The notes under the pieces were generated by a model, which worked only from the letters and a program-made list of their open reading frames with translations, had not been told where the DNA came from and did not search any database. Below are positions 59,523 through 64,000 of a DNA stretch of 64,000 nucleotides, in pieces. Every line of letters begins with the position of its first letter. Positions within the stretch are counted from its first letter, which is position 1. A program made the position numbers and the translations under genes. The stretch is from an uncultured SAR86 cluster bacterium (GTDB lineage Bacteria > Pseudomonadota > Gammaproteobacteria > Magnimaribacterales > D2472), in NCBI GenBank assembly GCA_902628085.1, contig CACOLO010000001.1, forward strand, positions 153,403-217,402, written 5' to 3'.

Positions 59523-60503
59523 GTGACAAGAAAACTTTTTTCAAAATTAATTGCGTTAGTAGCAGGTATTGTTTTAACAATAGTTGCATATAACCACAAT
59601 CAAACATCAATCTATCAAATTAATGGTCAAGCATATGGCACTTCATGGTCTGTTGTTTCTAGTCAGTATATCGGTGATCATCACAAAAATAATATTATTA
59701 ACATAATTAATAATATTGATTTTGTAGCTTCAAATTATAAAAATAATTCTGAAATTTCAATAATAAATAATTCTCCATTAAATAAAATATCAATTTCCAA
59801 TGATCTCTATAAAATCTTAAAGGTTGCTAAATATGTTGAAAATAACTCTGATGGATTTTATAACATTATGATGGCCAAGAAATCAGGTGAATTTGGATTT
59901 TCTCCTGACTTTGGTAACAAGAATATACAGTTAAATACTTCTACTTTTAGAATTGATAATAATGAGAAAATTCTTTATAAAAATTCGTCGAATTGGTTTG
60001 ACTTATCATCAGTTGCTAAAGGTTATGCTGTTCAAGTAATTCATGAATATCTTATAAATAACGATTTAATTAATCACATGATTGATATTGGTGGTGAAGT
60101 TATTATTAATGGAACAAAGCATGGTGATAGTTGGAATATTGGTATTCAAGATCCTTCTGTTATTCAAAACAAAGCTATTAAAGTAATATCTAATAATGAT
60201 TCAAAATTTTTGGCAATAGCCACATCTGGTGAATATAGAAATTTTAAGATTGATGATTCAGGCAACAGGATTTCACATACTATAAATCCAAAAACACTCA
60301 AATCAATTAATAATCAAATTAGTTCGGTGACAGTAATTCATGAGTCTTCAGCATCATATGCTGATGCTTTTGCAACTGCTTTTAATGCTATGGGCTTTAC
60401 TAATGCCTTCGATAAAGCAAATGAATTGAACATAGCTGCAATGTTTATTCTTAATAATAACGAAATCATTTATTCTAATAAATGGTATGATTTACAATCA
60501 TGA
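59523..60503 (+). CDS. apbE: FAD:protein FMN transferase
   Basis: ApbE-family length and its position after nqrF. GTG start and an N-terminal hydrophobic anchor. Confidence 0.85.
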   Translation: MTRKLFSKLIALVAGIVLTIVAYNHNQTSIYQINGQAYGTSWSVVSSQYIGDHHKNNIINIINNIDFVASNYKNNSEISIINNSPLNKISISNDLYKILKVAKYVENNSDGFYNIMMAKKSGEFGFSPDFGNKNIQLNTSTFRIDNNEKILYKNSSNWFDLSSVAKGYAVQVIHEYLINNDLINHMIDIGGEVIINGTKHGDSWNIGIQDPSVIQNKAIKVISNNDSKFLAIATSGEYRNFKIDDSGNRISHTINPKTLKSINNQISSVTVIHESSASYADAFATAFNAMGFTNAFDKANELNIAAMFILNNNEIIYSNKWYDLQS

Positions 60504-60676
60504 GTGAATTTATTTTAGGTTTTTTGATAATTGCTGTTGCTTTCATTGGATTAGCAACTAGTCTTTTTTTTAAAGGACAACCTTTAAAAGGATCTTGTGG
60601 CGGAATTGCAAATATGAAAGACGGCTCATCATGTGAAATATGTGGCAGAACCGATCCTGAGCAATGCAATAATTAA
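60500..60676 (+). CDS. nqrM: Na+-NQR maturation protein NqrM (DUF539); not in the ORF track (58 aa)
   Basis: My translation is MSEFILGFLIIAVAFIGLATSLFFKGQPLKGSCGGIANMKDGSSCEICGRTDPEQCNN: one TM helix plus four Cys. ATGA overlap with apbE. Confidence 0.75.
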   Translation: MSEFILGFLIIAVAFIGLATSLFFKGQPLKGSCGGIANMKDGSSCEICGRTDPEQCNN

Positions 60677-60680
60677 TTAA

Positions 60681-61886
60681 ATGGTCCAAGGCAATTACAA
60701 GCCAGAGTTTCAAAAAATATATGATATTTTTAACGATCAAGTAAATTCTGATTATGAGCTTGGGGCTGGCATTTCAATTGAATATAAAGGCGAATTGATT
60801 GTAGATCTATTTGGTGGCTTTAAATCAGAATCTAAAACAACAAAATGGACTAAAGATACATTGGTCAATGTATGGTCGGTGACAAAAGCAGTTACAGGTA
60901 TTTGTATTCTTAAATTGATCAGTGATGAAAAATTAGATGTTAATAAATTAGTATCTGATTATTGGCCAGAATATGGGTGTAATGGCAAAGAAGATACAAA
61001 AGTTATTGATTTACTTACTCATAGAGCTGGAATGTTTGGTTTCCAAAATGGATATCCACAATCAAATTGGAATGATTGGGATTTATATGTAGATGCACTT
61101 CAAAATCAAATGCCTTTTAGAGAACCAGGGACTACTCAAGGTTATCACGCTGTAACATTTGGGTGGTTAATAGGTGAATTGATAAGAAAAATTGATGGTA
61201 GAAGTGTAGGAAAATACTTTGAAGACGAATTCGCTAAACCATTAAATTTAGATTTTCATATAGGATTAAAAGAGGAGAATCTCAATAGATGTGCAGACGT
61301 AACATATAAAAAATTAGATTCAATACAACCTCCAATCGGATTTATAAAATACGTTCCAAATTTTATTCTTAATGATAGTCTTAAAAGTTTTAAAAACTCG
61401 ATAACATCAAATGATTTTTCTAAAGCGTTCAATTCTGAAAATTTTGATAAAAATAATCCAAATTCAGTCGATTGGAGAACAGCTGAGGTGCCCTCAGCTA
61501 ATGGACATGGCACTGCAAGGAGCCTTTCGAAACTCTTTGGAACTTTATCTAATCTAATTGAAGATAATGAAAGTATTATTGATAAGGATGTACTTAAAAC
61601 AGCAATTGAGGTTCATTCTTCTGGCCCTGATACAGTTTTATTTGGTGCTAATCTTAACTTTGGTTACTGTTTTATGGTTGAACAAAGTTTTAATCAAAAT
61701 ATTAACTTTGCACCAATTTTAAACACTCAATGTTATGGGCATGCTGGAATAGGTGGTTCAGTAGCATTTGGAGATCTCAAAAATAAAATTGGTTATTCAT
61801 TTGTCTGTAATAGACAACAAAAGATGAAAGATCTTTATAAAACATCTAATCTAATTACAAAAGCTCTTTACGAAATATTAGATTAG
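60681..61886 (+). CDS. Serine hydrolase, beta-lactamase (class C/EstB-like) family
   Basis: SxxK motif (WSVTKAV); 401 aa. Confidence 0.8.
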   Translation: MVQGNYKPEFQKIYDIFNDQVNSDYELGAGISIEYKGELIVDLFGGFKSESKTTKWTKDTLVNVWSVTKAVTGICILKLISDEKLDVNKLVSDYWPEYGCNGKEDTKVIDLLTHRAGMFGFQNGYPQSNWNDWDLYVDALQNQMPFREPGTTQGYHAVTFGWLIGELIRKIDGRSVGKYFEDEFAKPLNLDFHIGLKEENLNRCADVTYKKLDSIQPPIGFIKYVPNFILNDSLKSFKNSITSNDFSKAFNSENFDKNNPNSVDWRTAEVPSANGHGTARSLSKLFGTLSNLIEDNESIIDKDVLKTAIEVHSSGPDTVLFGANLNFGYCFMVEQSFNQNINFAPILNTQCYGHAGIGGSVAFGDLKNKIGYSFVCNRQQKMKDLYKTSNLITKALYEILD

Positions 61887-63463
61887 AACTGGTTCATTGT
61901 ATTATCTTCACCGGCTGCTTTAAGCGCTGCATCTCCTGCAAAGTATTCCTTATGATCGTCTCCCATATCTGATCCTGACATATTTTGATGTTTAACACAT
62001 GCTATGCCTTGTCTGATTTCTTTTCTTTGAACATTTGCAACATATCCAAGCATGCCTTCATCTCCAAAATATTCTTTTGCTAGATTATCTGTTGACAGTG
62101 CAGCAGTATGATATGTGGGTAGGGTGATTAAATGATGAAAAATACCTGCTTCTTTTGAAGCATCAGCTTGAAATGTTCTAATTTTATCATCAGCTTTCAT
62201 AGCTAATTCAGAATTATCATATTTTTCATTCATTAGATCATCTCTTTTATAATCTGATGTATCTTCTCCAGCTTCAGACATAGCGTCAAATACTTGTTGT
62301 CTAAAGTTTAATGTCCAATTAAAAGAAGGACTATTGTTGTAGACAAGTTTTGCATTTGGTATTACTTTTCTGATTTCATTCATCATTGAAGCAATTTGTC
62401 CAATATGAGGTTTTTCAGTCTCAATCCAAATAAGATCTGCTCCATTTTGAAGACTGGTAATTGAATCTAAAATACATCTTTCTTCACCAGTTCCTTTTCT
62501 AAATTGATACAGGTTTGAGGGGAGTCTTTTTGGTCTTACAATTTTACCTTTTCTATTAATCATTACATCACCGTGTTTCATATTAGTTTCATCGATTTCA
62601 TCAACATCTAGAAAAGAGTTATATTTGTCACCTAAGTCTCCTTCTTCATGAGTTATAGCTAATCTTGCTGTCAAGCCAGCGCCAAGGGAATCTGTTCTAG
62701 CGACTATTACACCGTCATCCACTCCAAGTTCCAAAAATGCATAACGAACAGCATTAATTTTTGCTAAAAACTCAGCATGTGGGACAGTTACCTTTCCATC
62801 TTGATGCCCACACTGTTTTTCATCAGAAACTTGATTTTCAATTTGAATAGCACATGCACCAGCTTCAATCATTTGCTTTGCCATTAAATAAGTAGCTTCT
62901 TCATTACCAAATCCAGCATCAATATCAGCAATAATAGGGACAATATGTGTTTCAAAATTTTCAATCTTATTAATCACCTCATCCTTTTTATTATCTGGTG
63001 CGCTATCAAGTTCTCTAAATAGACCACCTAATTCTCTTGCATCTGCTTGTTTAAGAAATGTATAAAGTTCTTTGATCAAACTTGCAACTGACGTTTTTTC
63101 ATGCATTGATTGATCTGGAAGCGGACCAAATTGTGATCTTAAAGCAGCGATCATCCAACCTGATAAATATAAATATTTCTTATCATTAGTACCAAAATGT
63201 TTTTTGATTGATATTAATTTTTGTTGTCCGATAAACCCATGCCAACATCCTAATGATTGAGTATATTTAGATGGATCATTATCATAATCATCCATATCTT
63301 TTCTCATAATGGAAGCCGTATATTTTGCTATGTCAATACCAGTTTTGAACTGATTTTGAAGCCTCATTCGAGCAACATATTCTGGATTAATTGATTTCCA
63401 GTTAGATGTGTTTATTTCAGGAATGTTGTTAGCACTCTCAATAGTATTGTTTAATTTTGACAT
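61883..63463 (-). CDS. aceA: Isocitrate lyase (long form)
   Basis: KQCGH catalytic motif and ICL-family blocks. 526 aa, like the Pseudomonas-type enzyme. Confidence 0.9.
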   Translation of the reverse strand: MSKLNNTIESANNIPEINTSNWKSINPEYVARMRLQNQFKTGIDIAKYTASIMRKDMDDYDNDPSKYTQSLGCWHGFIGQQKLISIKKHFGTNDKKYLYLSGWMIAALRSQFGPLPDQSMHEKTSVASLIKELYTFLKQADARELGGLFRELDSAPDNKKDEVINKIENFETHIVPIIADIDAGFGNEEATYLMAKQMIEAGACAIQIENQVSDEKQCGHQDGKVTVPHAEFLAKINAVRYAFLELGVDDGVIVARTDSLGAGLTARLAITHEEGDLGDKYNSFLDVDEIDETNMKHGDVMINRKGKIVRPKRLPSNLYQFRKGTGEERCILDSITSLQNGADLIWIETEKPHIGQIASMMNEIRKVIPNAKLVYNNSPSFNWTLNFRQQVFDAMSEAGEDTSDYKRDDLMNEKYDNSELAMKADDKIRTFQADASKEAGIFHHLITLPTYHTAALSTDNLAKEYFGDEGMLGYVANVQRKEIRQGIACVKHQNMSGSDMGDDHKEYFAGDAALKAAGEDNTMNQF

Positions 63464-63546
63464 TATTTTCCCCTGTTATGTAGTGAAGTTAATAATATTA
63501 GGAAAATTATGTCAATATGCTGATAAACGCACTATATAAAGGATTA

Positions 63547-63569
63547 TTTCTGTAGTAATACTACAGAAA
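63547..63569 (-). terminator. Hairpin between purB and aceA (possible terminator or processing site)
   Basis: TTTCTGTAGT-AAT-ACTACAGAAA is a 10-bp stem 10 nt after the purB stop. There is no clear U-tract, so function is uncertain. Confidence 0.3.
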
Positions 63570-63578
63570 AGACAAATT

Positions 63579-64000
63579 TTACAGTTTTTTAGCTAAACCA
63601 ATGTAATTAAAAGGCGTTAATTTAAGCAATTTATCTTTGGATGATTTTGATATTTTTAAATTAGTTACAAATTCAATATAAGTTTCTCTTGTAATCTTAC
63701 GACCTCGAGAAAATGATTTTAATTGTTCGTATGCATCATTTATATCTTCATATCTCATCACAGTTTGTACAGCTTCAGTAAGGACTTCCCAATTATCATC
63801 AAGCTCATTATTAATAACAGTTTTGTTAGGAGTTAATTTATTTAAACCTGTATTAAGTGACGATAAGGCTAAATGGGAATAACCATAAGCATTTCCAATA
63901 TTTCTTAAAACTGTACTATCTGATAAATCTCTTTGTAATCTAGATTTAGTTAATTTATCAGAAAAATGATTTGCTAAGGCATTTGAAAGACCAAAATTAC
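63579..64000 (-). CDS. purB: Adenylosuccinate lyase (C-terminal part; 5' end outside window)
   Basis: The frame stays open to the window edge. ...NWEVLTEAVQTVMRYEDINDAYEQLKSFSRG...LTPFNYIGLA matches the PurB C-terminus. Confidence 0.85.
   Translation of the reverse strand, partial: NFGLSNALANHFSDKLTKSRLQRDLSDSTVLRNIGNAYGYSHLALSSLNTGLNKLTPNKTVINNELDDNWEVLTEAVQTVMRYEDINDAYEQLKSFSRGRKITRETYIEFVTNLKISKSSKDKLLKLTPFNYIGLAKKL

Noticed and set aside
60475-60669. 64-aa ORF on the - strand
   Set aside because: It lies antisense to a much better-supported nqrM ORF (TM helix plus four Cys, ATGA-coupled to apbE).
63547-63569. Second LexA box (CTGT...ACAG) upstream of aceA
   Set aside because: The spacing is N9, not N8, and the flanks do not match TACTG/CAGTA. 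It is better explained as a simple 10-bp hairpin after purB.

Overview
This is an AT-rich (roughly 30% GC by eye), very tightly packed bacterial chromosome segment. Many genes have overlapping start and stop codons (ATGA, TAATG, TTGA) and intergenic spacers are tiny. Gene order is gammaproteobacterial: rne / rluC-rpmF-fabD-fabG-acpP-mltG-tmk-holB, grxD/rnt, metG/mrp, and mfd / long-form gap-nqrABCDEF-apbE-nqrM. The low GC, the compaction, a TonB-dependent receptor, a GH16 lipoprotein and sodium-based energetics (Na+-NQR, NhaB, a Na+:alanine symporter) suggest a streamlined marine planktonic gammaproteobacterium. SAR86-like is only a guess. I call about 70 features: housekeeping genes, three tRNAs (Ser-GGA, Arg-UCG, Arg-ACG), and four small ORFs missing from or mis-started in the ORF track (a Trm112/YcaR-like ORF, NqrM, a 54-aa membrane ORF coupled to trmA, and an SOS-box ORF). 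I saw no rRNA, CRISPR array, transposase, integrase or recognisable defence gene, so most of the window is ordinary core genome. Four loci look least explained. (1) A near-perfect LexA box sits inside a promoter that drives an orphan 70-aa ORF with apparently no leader. (2) Directly downstream is an unclassified structured RNA of about 200 nt that ends in a strong terminator just before an EamA transporter. (3) An all-exported four-gene module (DUF3604/PHP-like hydrolase, parvulin-like protein, HupE/UreJ-like membrane protein, MBL hydrolase) lies between two paralogous tRNA-Arg genes next to a TonB-dependent receptor. (4) An adjacent acyl-CoA dehydrogenase pair has only one member with a catalytic glutamate. 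All functional calls rest on motif recognition by eye; no searches were run.
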